Part shown: positions 40,601-52,532 of the stretch, in pieces
Position numbering within the stretch: position 1 is the stretch's first letter
How the letters are laid out: each line of letters begins with the position of its first letter
Source of the DNA: Malacoraja senta
Lineage: Eukaryota
DNA: 64,000 bases
Direction: 5' to 3'
NCBI GenBank assembly: GCA_038087875.1
Contig: JAXLNO010000051.1
Span: 496,001-560,000 of the forward strand
Translations under genes and position numbers: made by a program
Notes under the pieces: generated by a model
Told to the model about the DNA's origin: nothing
Database searches by the model: none
What the model saw: the letters and a program-made list of their open reading frames with translations, nothing else

Positions 40601-42221
40601 TGGGGGTCGATGATCCAAACTGCGGGGTCGTAATGTCTGGGAACGCGGCCAAGTTCCGTGCGAAGCGGGAGTCCACGGACGACAGGGGCCGTCCCACCGG
40701 TTGATACAAACGTGATCGGCTCCATCGTAGCGGCGTTGACCAAGCGCTGACGCCTGACGTCCACCATGAGGGAATGCGCCCGGAGGAAATCGGCCCCGAG
40801 CAATGGCTGGGAGACGTCGGCAGTGGTGAACTGCCACGAGAAATGACAGGAGCCGAACACGATCGGAACCATGCGCACTCCATATGTGCGGATGGGGCTG
40901 CCATTCGCCGCGGTGAGGACGGGCCCCTGCTTACCGGAACGATTGTCGGCCAGCGAAGGGGGCAGGACGCTGAGCGCTCCAGTATCAACGAGGAAGCGGG
41001 TCCCGGAGCGCCGATCCCAGGCGAAGAGGCGGTGAATTTGGCCGGCCGCCGCGGGAACTATTGGCAGCCGGCCCAAGCATTTCCCGGGAACGTGCCCGGC
41101 TGGCGGCATTGTCGTGCTGCAGCACCCCAGCGCTGGTGTTAGTAGCACCAGTGATTCATGTTGGTGTTACTTGGAGCTTGCTGGTTCCTGATGGTGGTGC
41201 CTGCAGCTTGCTGCCGCTGGACTGCAGGTGCAGTACCCCTCACGGCCGGGGGGGGGCGATCTGACGGGCCGTCGGGCTGGAGCTGTCACTCCTTCCACAG
41301 CTCCCCCACCCCTCCGGAGGAAATCGGGAGCTGCCGGGGTGACGTCATCGGCGCGCCTGCCGACGACCAGCGCGTTGACGTCATCAGTGCGCGTCGGCCT
41401 CAGCGCGTCCCCGTCTCTGATGACGGCCAGCGCGCTGACGTCATCAGGGCGCGCCAACCACATCGCGTCGGCGCGCCTCCCGAGGGCCCTGATGTCTGCA
41501 AAGGAGACGTCTGTGAGCTGCAGACGAATGTAGGCCGGCAGCAGATGCAGGTAAGTATATTCGAATAGCAGGCACGGCGTGTGCCCATCCAGTAGAGCCA
41601 CCATCCCCTTTAGGAGGCTTGATGGCCGTCGGTCGCATAGGCCCTCAATATGCAGGATCCTAGGAGCACGCTCCATCCTACTTAGACCATAAATCTGGAG
41701 CAGGAGCTACTTAAGGCCGAGATATTTATCAGTGTCCAGGGGGGCTGCGAGGAAGTCCGTGACCTCCTCAACCGTGTCCTGGTCGAGGGCCCCCACCTGG
41801 TAATAGAAGCGGGTGGCATCGACCGTGATGCCCCGCAGGTTGAACTGGGCCTCCGCCTGCTGGAACCAGATGGGCGGCCGGGTGGTCCAGAAGGTAGGCA
41901 GTTTCACCGAGACCGCGTCCAGAGACCGGGCCGGGCCGGCCTGTGAGGAGGTAGGGCTTTCTCTTCTCTCCATCATGACGCCAATGGAGCGTCGGGGTCA
42001 CCAATGTGGTGCGTGGGTCCCAAAAGGAAGCACGAAGTCGAGTGTTTTGTGAGGCACCTTTAATTATGTTCCTCCCGCCTGTAGGGAAGACCAAACGAGA
42101 GAAAGATGGCTCCTAAACCCCTGCCTTTAAACCCGCTGGCTAAGGGCCGCCTCCGGACTGAACCACTCCCGTGCCGAGGGGTTCGACAGGTATGATGGCA
42201 CGACCCTTGGGAGCCGCCACA
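37689..42221 (-). mobile_element. Complete Gypsy (CsRn1-like) provirus nested in the L1 RT, degenerate
   Basis: LTRs 42005-42221 and 37689-37905 (TG...CA). PBS TGGTGACCCCGACG (tRNA-Trp) and a G-run PPT. 4-bp TSD TTAT at 37685-37688 and 42222-42225. Gag KLPTFW, protease FLVDTGA, RT YLDD, RNase H and integrase are all present. Confidence 0.95.
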
Positions 42222-43954
42222 TTATAAACGTAACTACCAAAAGAGTGAGCTATTACCGATTAGCTCATTGGCTAAGCAGCTCCCACGCTCTTTAACCTCA
42301 TTCAAATGGGCAGATGACGGGTTTCGCTATCTCGGCGTTTTTAATCACAATACCCTTATCTGATATGTTCCGCACAACTTTCTGCCTCTGGTTGAGAAAG
42401 CCGAAAGAGATTTTGACCGCTGGTCAGTTTTACCGCTATCCCTCGTGGGCCGCATAAATCTGGTCAAGATGGTGGTCCTACCCAAATTCCTGTATGTTTT
42501 CCAGCACGTCCCTATATTTATCACTAAATCTTTTTTTGATAAATTAGAAAGGACAATATCTAAATTTTTATGGGGTAGCAAACCGGCTAGAATCCGAAAG
42601 GCGATACTGCAGTCTCCTAAGAGTGACGACAGTTTGGCACTTCCTGACTTTAGGCGATACTATTGGGCACCAAACTTGCAAAATCTCCTGTATTGGATGA
42701 ATGATGATTGCGACCACCTACCGACCTGGGTACACATGGAAAAGGCGAGTTCACGTCTCCCGTTGCGGTCTGTCCTATGCTCCCAACTCCCCCTTCCTAT
42801 AACATCTGTTGGTGCAGGCCCAATTGCGTCCATTTCGCTCAAGAAATGGAGTAAACTCAGGAAAAACTTCGGTTTACAAGGCCCTTCCATCTTGACCCCA
42901 CTGCTTAAAAATCACATCTTTAAACCTTCAAGTACAGACCACGCATTCAAAATCTGGCATAGCAACGGTATCAGTAGTATCAAAAACCTATACAAGGATG
43001 GCATCTTTTCGTCCTTTGCGGAGCTCTCGTCCAACTACAACCTCCCAAACTCCCACCTTTTTCGTTTTTTCCAGATTTGGGATTTTGTGAAGAAGATATT
43101 CCCCTATTTCCCAAATCGCCCCCCTGAAACCCTGACCGATACTATCTTAGCTCTAGATCCCAACCGGATCTAGAGCTAAGATTTTACAACCTTGTTAGCC
43201 GGGAGACTGATCTTGCTTAACTGGAGACTCACCTGTCCCCCGACACACGCCGTTGGTTTAAGGAGGTGCTTTACAATTTAAAGCTTGAACAATTTAGATT
43301 CTCTCTCAAAGGCTCTACCAAGATATTCCTAGATAAATGGAACCCTTTCTTGGAACTTGTTAACTCTCTCAACTTGTCCCCGGACACGGAAGAGGATTGA
43401 GTGCTCTCCACCATTGTTTTGCTCTACTGCAGCTGCTCTCCCCTTAACCCCCCCTCCCTACACTTATTTATGTAATTACTTACTTATTTACTGTTATTAG
43501 TGACCCCAAATTATTTTTTAAATTTTTTTTGTTTCGTTTATCTTACCATATTTGTACGTGTACGTACACAGTGTACGTATGTGAGTGTTGTTTGTCCCCG
43601 TTTGGTTCCGACCTGATTCGGGTGGGTTGAAGGTGGGTAAGGGTAAGAGCTTTGAGGGTCGCTTATATACTGTTGCACAATTATGCCTTGACTGTCACTG
43701 TCTGTTATCATAGTATGTATGCAAATTGCTGTGAAATTCAAATAAAAAGATTTAAATGAAACTCTTGATCATATACTTGGAATCTCGTGCACAACCACGA
43801 GTCTTTCGCTCGGGGTACCTCGTGGGTCAACTCGTACCGTGAGACAGGGCTTTAACCATGACTAATACAATAGATGGGAATGTGCTCCAGTTAGAATCCG
43901 GGTATACTTTTGAGGAATGGACCAAAGTCCTGGAGGCTTGGTTCGCTTTTTTTT

Positions 43955-44750
43955 AATAGAATAGAATAGAATAGAATGCATTTTATTGTCATTCAAACAG
44001 CTTGGTTTGAACAAAATTGCATTTTCTACAGTCTTACATTACAAAAAACCCAAGACCCAAACTTAACACAGTTTACATAAACATCCATCACAGTGAATCT
44101 CCAACACCTCCTCACTGTGATGGAAGGCAAAGTCTTATCTGTTCTCCCGTGGTCCAGCAGTCCAACTGCAGCGTCGAGGTGAACTGGGGCTACCGGTGTT
44201 AAAGCCCCGGCGGGCGATGGTAAGTCCTGTGGCCATTTAAGCCATGTGGGGCGATATTAGGCCCGGCTCTATGTCCTTTAAACCCAGTGATTCCAGCGGG
44301 AGAAGTTGCCGTTGCAGGAGCTCCGAAAAGCGGTCTCCCACCAGGGACCTGGAGCTCCCGATGTTCCTGTCCACCGGGCCTGCGGCCGGAGCCTCCGAAG
44401 CTTCGGAGTCGGGTTGCAGCCGCGCGCCACCACAGCTCTTCCCGTTCCGAAGCCGGCCAGCTCTGCGATGTCAGGTCCGCAGGCTCCGCGACTGAAGCCC
44501 CCAGGTTTGTCGCGGTTGGAGGCCGCCGCCGGCTCCACGATGTTAGGCCCAAGGACATCGGAGACCCGACAGGGAAAAGGTCAGGTACCCGAACGAGGAA
44601 GAGACTAACGGTTCCCCCCCCCCACACCCCACATATACATAACTAAAAAATAATAATAATAATAACTAGACTCGACATACATATAACACGACAAAATTAA
44701 AAAAAAGACAGTCGGACTGTAGTCGAGTCGCTGCCGATAGGCGCCGCCAC
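43955..44750 (-). mobile_element. Non-coding retroposon with a (TTCTA)n tail, related to 28018-28927, inserted in the Mag-like gag
   Basis: (AATAG)n followed by TTTTATTGTCATTC. It shares AAACATCCAYCACRGTGA...CCTCACTGTGATGGA and a GGCGGCGC head with the 28-kb element. It is absent from the paralog at ~54008. Confidence 0.7.
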
Positions 44751-46164
44751 ACCACACGACACTTCAAACGATATCACTTCAGAAGTCAAGAAAAGAGCAT
44801 TGTTCCTTACAGGTTTAGGCTCCTGTCTTCTCCTCTCCTCTCCACTCCTCTCCTCCCCTCTCCTCTCCTCCTCTCTCCTTTCCTCACCTCGTCTCTCCTC
44901 TCTCCTTTTCTCACCTGTGCTCTCCTCTCCTCTCTTCTTCTCCCGTCTTCTCTCCTATCCATTCCTCTCCTCTCCTTTACTCCCCCTTCATTCCTCCCTC
45001 CGTACTTCCCTCCCCCACATCTCCTCTCCTTTACCCTGCTCTCCCATCTCCCCTCCTCCCCTCATCTACTCCCCTCATCTCCCCCTCCCTTCTCCCCTCC
45101 TCTTGCCTCTCCCCTCCTCCCCTCTCCTCCTCCCCTCATCTACTCCCCTCATCCCCTCCCTTCCCTTCTCCACCCTCCTCCTTTCCTCTCCTCGTTTCTC
45201 TTCTCCTCCGCTCTGCACTGCTCTCTTCTCCTCCCCTTTCCTTCCTCTCCCACCGCTCAAATCCAGCACCAAAGATTGTCTCCTTTCCCCTTTCCTCTCC
45301 CATCTCCTCTCCTCCCTTCCCCTCTCCTCCTCTCCCCTCCTCTCTGCTCCCTCTCCCTCACCTCGCTGCCTCACCTCGCCTCTCACCTCTCATCTTCTCT
45401 CCTATCTTCTCCTCTCCTCTCTCCTCTTCCCTCCTCTGCCTCCCTCACCTCCCTTCTCTCCTCTCGCCCACCCCCCGCTTTTCTCGCTCCACTCCTATAC
45501 TTTTCTCACCCCTATCCCATCCCCTCCTTCCCTGTTCTCTCCTCTCCTCCCTTAACCTCCCCTCTCGCCTCTTTCTTCTCCACCCCTCCCTCTCCTCCCC
45601 TCCCCTCTTCTCTCCTCCCCTCTCCTCTGCTTTACTTTCCTCTCCTCTCTCCCGTCCCCGCCTCCCCTCTCCTCCCCTCTTTGCTCCTCACCTCCCCTTT
45701 CCTCCACACACTTCCTCTTCCCTCGTCTCCCCTCATCTCCTCTCCTCCACTCCCCTCTCCTCTCCACACCTCGTCTCCTCCACACCTCCTCCAAGTTGGC
45801 ATTGGTCAAAAAAAATGTGAATTGTCCCGAGTGTGTGTGTAGGATAGTGTCAGTGTGCGGGGATCGATGGTGGGCGCGCACTCGGTGGGCTGAAGGGTCC
45901 GTTTACGCGCTGTGCCTCAAGACTATAAGTTATGTGGCATAAAACACAGTGCTGGAGGAACACTCAAGCAGGACAGGCAGCATCTCTGGAGGAAAGGAAT
46001 GAGTGACCTTTTGGGTCGAGACCCTTCTTCAGACTGAGAGTAAGGGGAGAGGGAAATGAGAGAGAGAGCATCACATTTGTGTTTTGCAGTTCCATGTGTC
46101 TAGAATTTATCGTGGAGTGACTTCGTTATCTCCACCACCAGCGTGACAAGCAGAGCAAATATCT

Positions 46165-46473
46165 AGTTTAGTTTGGAGATACAGCGTGGAAACAGGCCCT
46201 TTGGCCCACCCAGTCCGCGCAGACCTGCGATCACCACGTACACTAGCACTATCCTACACACACGAGGGACAATTTATAATCTTTACCGAAGCCAATTAAC
46301 CTACAAACCTGCACGTCTTTGGAGCGTGGGAGGAAACCGGAGCACCCGGAGTAAACCCACGCAGGTCACGGGGAGAACGTACAAACTACGTACAGACAGC
46401 ACCCGTAGTTAGGATGGAACCAGGACCTCTGGCGCTGTGAGGCAGCAACTCTACCGCTGCGCCATCGTGTGAC
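46165..46473 (-). mobile_element. tRNA-derived SINE (HE1-like, V-SINE-type body)
   Basis: A-box-like TGGCGCAGCGG and B-box-like GGTTCCATCC, body TTTGTACGTTCTCCCCGTGACCTGCGTGGG, CR1-like tail and a (TAAAC)n end. Confidence 0.85.
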
Positions 46474-47627
46474 TCCACATTGGGAGAGAGGAGACACAGC
46501 CTCTGCTGAGGCTGGAATCTGTAACAAGGACAAACGGCAGGAGGGACTCAGTGGGTCGGGCAGCATCTGTGGAGGCAGAGGGATGGACGACATTTTGGGC
46601 AGGGAGCCTGCATCATGACTGAGAGTGGAGAGAGGTGACGCAGCCCATACCATCACACAAACCGACCTCCCTTCCATTGACTCCATCTACACCACACGCT
46701 GCCTCGGCAACGCCAGCAGCATCACCGAGGACTGGTCTCACCCCGGCCACTCCCTCTTCTCCCTTCTCCCATCATGCAAGAGTTACAGAAGTGTGAAAAC
46801 GCACACCTCCAGATCCAGCTGTGATCAGGCAACTGAATCATCCCACCACAACTAGAGAGGGTGGTGAATCTGCGGAATACTTTTCCACAGAAGGCTGTGG
46901 AGGCCAAGTCATTGGGTATTTTTAAGGTAGAGATAGATAGATTCTTGATTAGTACGGGTGTCAGGGGTTATGGGGAGAAGGCAGGAGAATGGGGTTAGGA
47001 AGGGGAGACAGATCAGCCATGGTTGAATAGCGGAGTAGACTTGATGGGCCAAATGGCATAATTCTGCTCCTATCATTTATGAACATGAATATTGGACGTC
47101 TCTGTGAAGCTCTTTGTGTGAATCAGAGTGTGTATCTAATCCAGACCACACAGAGGTGGCAACTTGTCTTCCTCCCTTTGACATGTGCAAACCATTTGGA
47201 TTGTGAATGACAATCTGCCAGCACTCAGGATCAATTTCTTGTCTCACTGGTGTTTAAATTCAAATTCACAAGTTACAGCGGGTAATTTTTGAACTGGTGA
47301 CCTCTGCATCCAAGTGGCCAGAGCACGGCACGACTTGCTCTGAAGAGCAGTCACGCGAGTAAAACAGTCAACACACACAGAGTCACAGAGTGATACAGTG
47401 TGGAAGTAGGCCCTTCGGCCCAACTTACCCACACCGGCCAACATGTCCCAGCTACACTAGTCCCACCTGCCTGTGTTTGGCCCATATCCTTCCATACCTG
47501 TCCTATCCATGAACCTGTCAAACTGTTTCTTAAACGTTGGTATAGTCCCAGCCTCAACTACCTCCTCCTACAGCTCGTTCCATACACCCACCACCCTTTG
47601 TGTGAAAAAATGTATTCTTTGATTTAA

Positions 47628-48815
47628 TAGACAATAGACAATAGGTGCAGGAGGAGGCCATTCGGCCCGTCGAGACAGTGCCGCCATTCAATGTGATCAT
47701 GGCTGATCATCCCCAATCAGTACCCCGTTCCTGCCTTCTTCCCATATCCCCTGATCCGCTATTTTAAGAGCCCTATCTAGCTCTCTTTTAAAAGCATCCA
47801 GAGAACCGTCCTCCACAGACTCACCACTCTCTGTGAGAAAAAGTGTTTCCTCGTCTCCGTTTTAAAGGCTTACTCCTTATTCTTAAATTGTGGCCCCTGG
47901 TTCTGGACTCCCCCAACATCGGGAACATGTTTCCTGCCTCTAGCTTGTCCAAACCCTTAACAATCTTACATGTTTCAACGAGATACCCTCTCATCCGTCT
48001 AAACTCCAGAGTGTTCAAGCCCAGCCACTCCATTCTCTCAACATACGACAATCCTGCCATCCCGGGAAATAAAATTGTAAATCTATGCTGCACTCCCTCA
48101 ATAGCAATAATGTCCTTCCTCAAATTAGGGGACCAATACTGCACACAATACTCCAGGTGTTTGCTCAATAGGGCTCTGTGCAACTGCAGATTCCTATTAA
48201 ATCTATTCCCCATCACGTTAATCCTATGTCCTCTGGTCCCCGATTCCCCTACTCTGGGCATTCACCCTATCTATTCCCCTCATGATATTATACATCTCTA
48301 CACGATCACCACTAATCCTCCTGCACTCCACGGATGGGGGTTAGCTTGGAGGCGTCTTGTACAAACGTCCTTGGAACCAGACCCCAACAGGATTTAGAAA
48401 TAAGGAACTGCAGATGCTGGTTTACCAAGGAAAGTCACACAGTGCTGGAGTAACTCAGCGGGTCAGGCAGCAACTAGAGACTCCTTGTAGCGTAGGAGGA
48501 TGAGGGGTGATCTTATAGAGGTGTACAAAATCATGAGAGGAATAGATCGGGTAGACGCACTGAGTTTCTTGCCCAGAGTAGGGGAATCGAGGACCAGAGG
48601 ACTTAGGTTTAAGGTGAGGGGGGAAAGATTTAATGGGAATCTGAGGGGTAAATCTCCACACAAAGATTGGTGGGTGTATGGAACGAGCTGCCAGAGGAGG
48701 TAGTTGAGGCACGGATCTTGCAATGTTTAAGGATATGGGCCAAACGCATGATGGCTGGACTAGTGTAGATGGGGCATGTTGGTTGGTGTGGGCAAGTTAG
48801 GCCGAAGGGCCTGTT
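47628..48815. mobile_element. Cluster of CR1 3'-end fragments in both orientations (mirrored at ~60925-62370)
   Basis: HLEYCVQYWSP, MRGDLIEVYKIMRG and ESRTRG motifs, with GATCAGCCATGATCACATTGAATGGCGG 3' UTRs. Confidence 0.85.
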
Positions 48816-51800
48816 ACGAATGAATGAATGAATAGGTTTATTGGCCAAATATTCACATACATGGAATTTGCCTTGGTGCTCCGCCCGCAAGTGACAACAT
48901 GACATACCGTGACAGTTTGGAATGACACATAAAACATTAATAATAAAACATTATTGATTAAACATGTGAATTAAATAAAATACCAGAGCAAAAGAATGCC
49001 ACAGATGTTTGGTTATTGAGTAGAGCTACTACTCGTTGAAAAAAAGCTGTTTTTATGTCTGGCTGTGGCATCTTTGACAGTCCGGAGTCGCCTTCCAGAG
49101 TGAAGTGATTCAAAGAGTTTGAATCCATGCTGTATTTAACCCTGTGACTCTATAACTAAGCGGGCCAGGTAACATTTCTGGAGAAGGTTGATAGGTGACG
49201 TTTTAGGTCGAGTCTGAAGAAGGGTCGCGACCCGAAACATCGCCTATCTATGTTCTCCAGGGATTGCAGCCTGAACCGCTGAGCTACTGCAACACTTGGT
49301 GTCTTTCCCAACTGGATGTAACATCTTACAAGGGGTTTGGGGAGTAGAAAGAGAGCGATTGGCAGGAACATTAACAAGAAAAAAAACCCAACATTTAACA
49401 TGACCGTATTTATGTTTATAAATCCATAATTGCCCTGGCTTTGTGCCGTGCAGGCCTCACATCTAATCAACGACGATGAACTTTGGCACGGGGAAATATC
49501 CAATCTAGGAAAACAGACGTTTTCTTCAACATCAGACTGTTTGTTTGTCCGCTTTCTGTTGCGTCGCTGATAACAGCCACAGCAGTCATTTGACCCTCTT
49601 GATTTATTACACTGGGCACCGGCTTGAGCGCTGCAAGACGTAAAATGGAAAGCATTGGCCGCATGTGCCCAAGAGCAATGTCCTCAATACAGCTCTCTCG
49701 TGCCAGCAGCATGTCGAGATATTCCAACTCTGTTATAGTCCAGCAAACGTACCCGTGCATAGACGAGAAAAAACAGAGAGGAAAAATATTAAGCATGGGC
49801 CTGACTTCAGAATTAAAGGACGTTCTTTCACGAAGGAGACGAGAAGGAATTTCTTCAGTGAATCTGTGGAATTCCATGCCACTGAAGGCTGTGGAGGCCA
49901 CGTCAATGCATAATTTTCATAGACAATAGAAAATAGGTGCAGGAGTAGGCCATTCGGCCCTTCGAGCCAGCACCGCCATTCAATGTGATCATGGCTGATC
50001 ATCCCCAATCAGTACCCCGTTCCTGCCTTCTCCCCATATCCCCTGACTCCGCTATCTTTCAGAGCCCTATCTGGCTCTTGAAATTATCCAGAGAACCGGC
50101 CTCCACCACCCTCTGAGGCAGAAAACTCCACAGACTCATTACTCTCTGTGTGAAAAAGTGTTTCCTCAACTCCTAAGGTAGCGATAGATAGATTGCTGAT
50201 TACTATGGGTGTCAGGGGATATGGGGTGAAGGTAGGAGAATGGGGTGAGGAAGGAAAGATAGATCAGGCATGATTGAATGGCGGAGTAGATTTGATGGAC
50301 CGAATGGACAAATTCTACTACTATTCCTTATGATCTTATGGCTTTAGATTTTAGTTGAGTTTAGTTGATTGTCACGTGTACTGAGGGACAGTGAAAAGCT
50401 TTTGTTGCGTGCTAACCAGTCAGCGGAAAGGCAATACATGATTACAATCGAGACGTCCACATTGTACAAACACATGATAAAGAGAATAACATGAATAACG
50501 TTGAGTGCAAAATAAAATCTGGTAAAGTCCGATTAAAATAATCCGAGGGTCTCCAATGTGGAAGATGGGAGGTCAGGACTGCTCGCTAGTTGGTGATAGG
50601 GTGGTTCAGTTGCCTGATAACAGCTGGGAAGAAACTGTCCCTGAAGCTGGAGGTGCGTTTTCACAATTCTGTACCTCTTGCCTGATGGGAGTGGAGAGAA
50701 GAGGGAGTGACCGGGGTGAGACTGGTTGCTGCTGGCCTTGCCGAGGGAGCACCTTGGCCACACTCTCATTTATCTGTATTATGTATCTGTATATTCTGTA
50801 TATGCATATGTACATGTTCCGTGTACGTATCTGTATATGTACATGTATGTATCTGTACACTGTGAATGTAATCATATATAGTCTTTCCGCTGACTGGTCA
50901 GCACGCAGCATAAAGCTGTTCATACGTCACTGGAGCAGAATTAGGCCATTCGGCCTATCGCGTCCAGTCCGCCATTCAATCATGGCTGATCGTTTAAGAA
51001 AGAACTGCAGATGCTGGAAATATCGAAGGGAGATAAAAAATGCTGGAGAAACTCAGCGCATGATGCAGCATCTATGGAGCGAAGGAATAGGTAACGTTTC
51101 GAGTCGAGACCTTTCTTCAGACTGATGTGGGGGTGGGGGGTAGTAGAAAGGAAGAGGTGGAGACAGTGGACTGTGGGAGAGCTGGGAAGGGGAGGAGAAA
51201 GCCAGGACCAAAGATCTCCGCTCTATGATCTTTGTCCAGGACTACCCCCACTCTTATCCTCGCCTCTCCTCTCCTCCCCTCCCCTCTCCTCGCCTCTCCT
51301 CTCCCCTTCTCCACTCTCTCCTCGCCTGCACTGTCCAATCCCATTCACTCTCCCCCTCCCTCTCCGTCTCTCCCCCCACCCCTCGAATCCAGCACCAAAG
51401 ATAATTGTAATATAGTGGAGGTGAGATATTGTCCCCTTCTCTCTCCCCTCGTCTCCTCTCCTATCCTCTCCTCCTCTCCGCTCCTCTCCTCCTCTCCTCT
51501 CCTCTCCTCTCATCTCCACTCCTCTCCTCCCCTCTCCTCTCCTCTCCTCTCCTCTCCTCTCCTCCCCTCTCCACTCCTCTCCTCCCCTCCTCTCTGCTCC
51601 CCTCCATCTTCCGCTCCCCTCCATCTCCCTCTCCTCTCCCCCTCACCTCTCTCCGCTCCTCTCCTCCCCTCCCTACCGTCTCCCCCGCACCTCTCCTCTG
51701 TTTTTCTCGCTCCTCCTTTACTTTCCTCTCCTCCCCTCCGCACCTCCGCTCTCCTCTCTCCTTTTGTCCTCCCCTCGCCTCTCCTCTCCCCTCCCCTCCT

Positions 51801-52054
51801 TCCCTCACCTCTCCTATCCTCTCCCCTCCTCTCCTTTCCTTTCCCCTCCTCTCCTCACCCCTCCTCTCCTCAGCCTCCCCTCCTCCCTCCCATCTACTCC
51901 CCCCCCCTCTTCTCTCCTCTCCACTATTCTCCCTCCAACCTGTTGTGTCTGTGTAAGACTGTCCTTACAGTCATCACAAAAGGGCTCCGACCCTATTTGT
52001 ATATTTTCTGGGAAGCAGTCCGGTGAAATCTTGGCTGGAATAAAATATGACTTA

Positions 52055-52532
52055 GGGGGCTGTCCCATTGCGGCGACCGAATTGGCGAGTTTAGAAGAGT
52101 TTGCCCTCAACTCATACGCGCAGCATGGTCGACACGAGGTCCTATGAGGTCAACATGCTGAAAAATGCCCGCGAGTAAAAAAAGGTTGCCATGGAAAATT
52201 TACTCTTTTTACCCCTCGTCTCTTTAGTCGAAGAAGGTCGTAGTAGGTCGGCATGTTATTCGTAGGTAAACGAGGGTAGTCGAAGGTAATCTAAGATAGT
52301 CGTAGATAGTCTTCAACATAGTCGAAGGTGGTCGAAGGACGATGAAGGAGGTCGTCTTCACCATTCGGTGTCCAATTTTCCCGGAGCTAATCGAAGCTGG
52401 TCTTCAACATAGTCGAAGAGGTCGAAGGAGGTCTTCTACATAGTCAAAGGAGGTCTTCAACATGACACTTTTTCAAACTCTCCTAAACTCTTCTAAACTC
52501 GCCAATTAGGTCACCGCAGTGGGACAGCCCCT
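52055..52532. mobile_element. Harbinger-type MITE, paralog of 26209-26683, with an internal deletion
   Basis: Same TIRs, TTA TSD and flanks. Confidence 0.88.

Larger units (their letters stand above)
34058..43400 (+). pseudogene. L1 ORF2 (APE endonuclease plus RT), split into 34058-36146, 37590-37688 and 42222-43400
   Basis: SWNVRG, IQETH, GDFN, SDH; KSPGPDG, YRPISLLN, DAEKAFDRVEW, RQGCPLSP; YADD at 37593; GRINLVKMVVLPKFLY at 42448. Confidence 0.92.
31901..43758 (+). mobile_element. Full-length L1-clade LINE (ORF1, long spacer, ORF2), inactivated and carrying two nested insertions
   Basis: 11-bp TSD AAACTCTTGAT at 31890-31900 and 43759-43769. AATAAA and an A-rich tail at 43741. ORF1 and ORF2 motifs are listed in the next two features. 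Confidence 0.93.
30127..43852. mobile_element. PIF/Harbinger-type non-autonomous DNA transposon (~1.9 kb of its own sequence, inflated to 13.7 kb by nested insertions)
   Basis: The left end AACCCCTGTCTCACGGTGCGAGCTGACCCACGAGGTACACCGAG matches the reverse complement of the right end, AAGCCCTGTCTCACGGTACGAGTTGACCCACGAGGTACCCCGAG. TAA is duplicated at 30124-30126 and 43853-43855. The paralogous empty site at 54099-54101 has a single TAA. Confidence 0.9.

Noticed and set aside
30127..43852. Autonomous Harbinger or a Polinton-like giant element
   Set aside because: There is no DDE transposase, DNA polymerase or capsid ORF. The length is explained by the nested retroelements.
46400..46473. Functional tRNA gene
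   Set aside because: It is the tRNA-derived head of a SINE and runs straight into the SINE body and tail.
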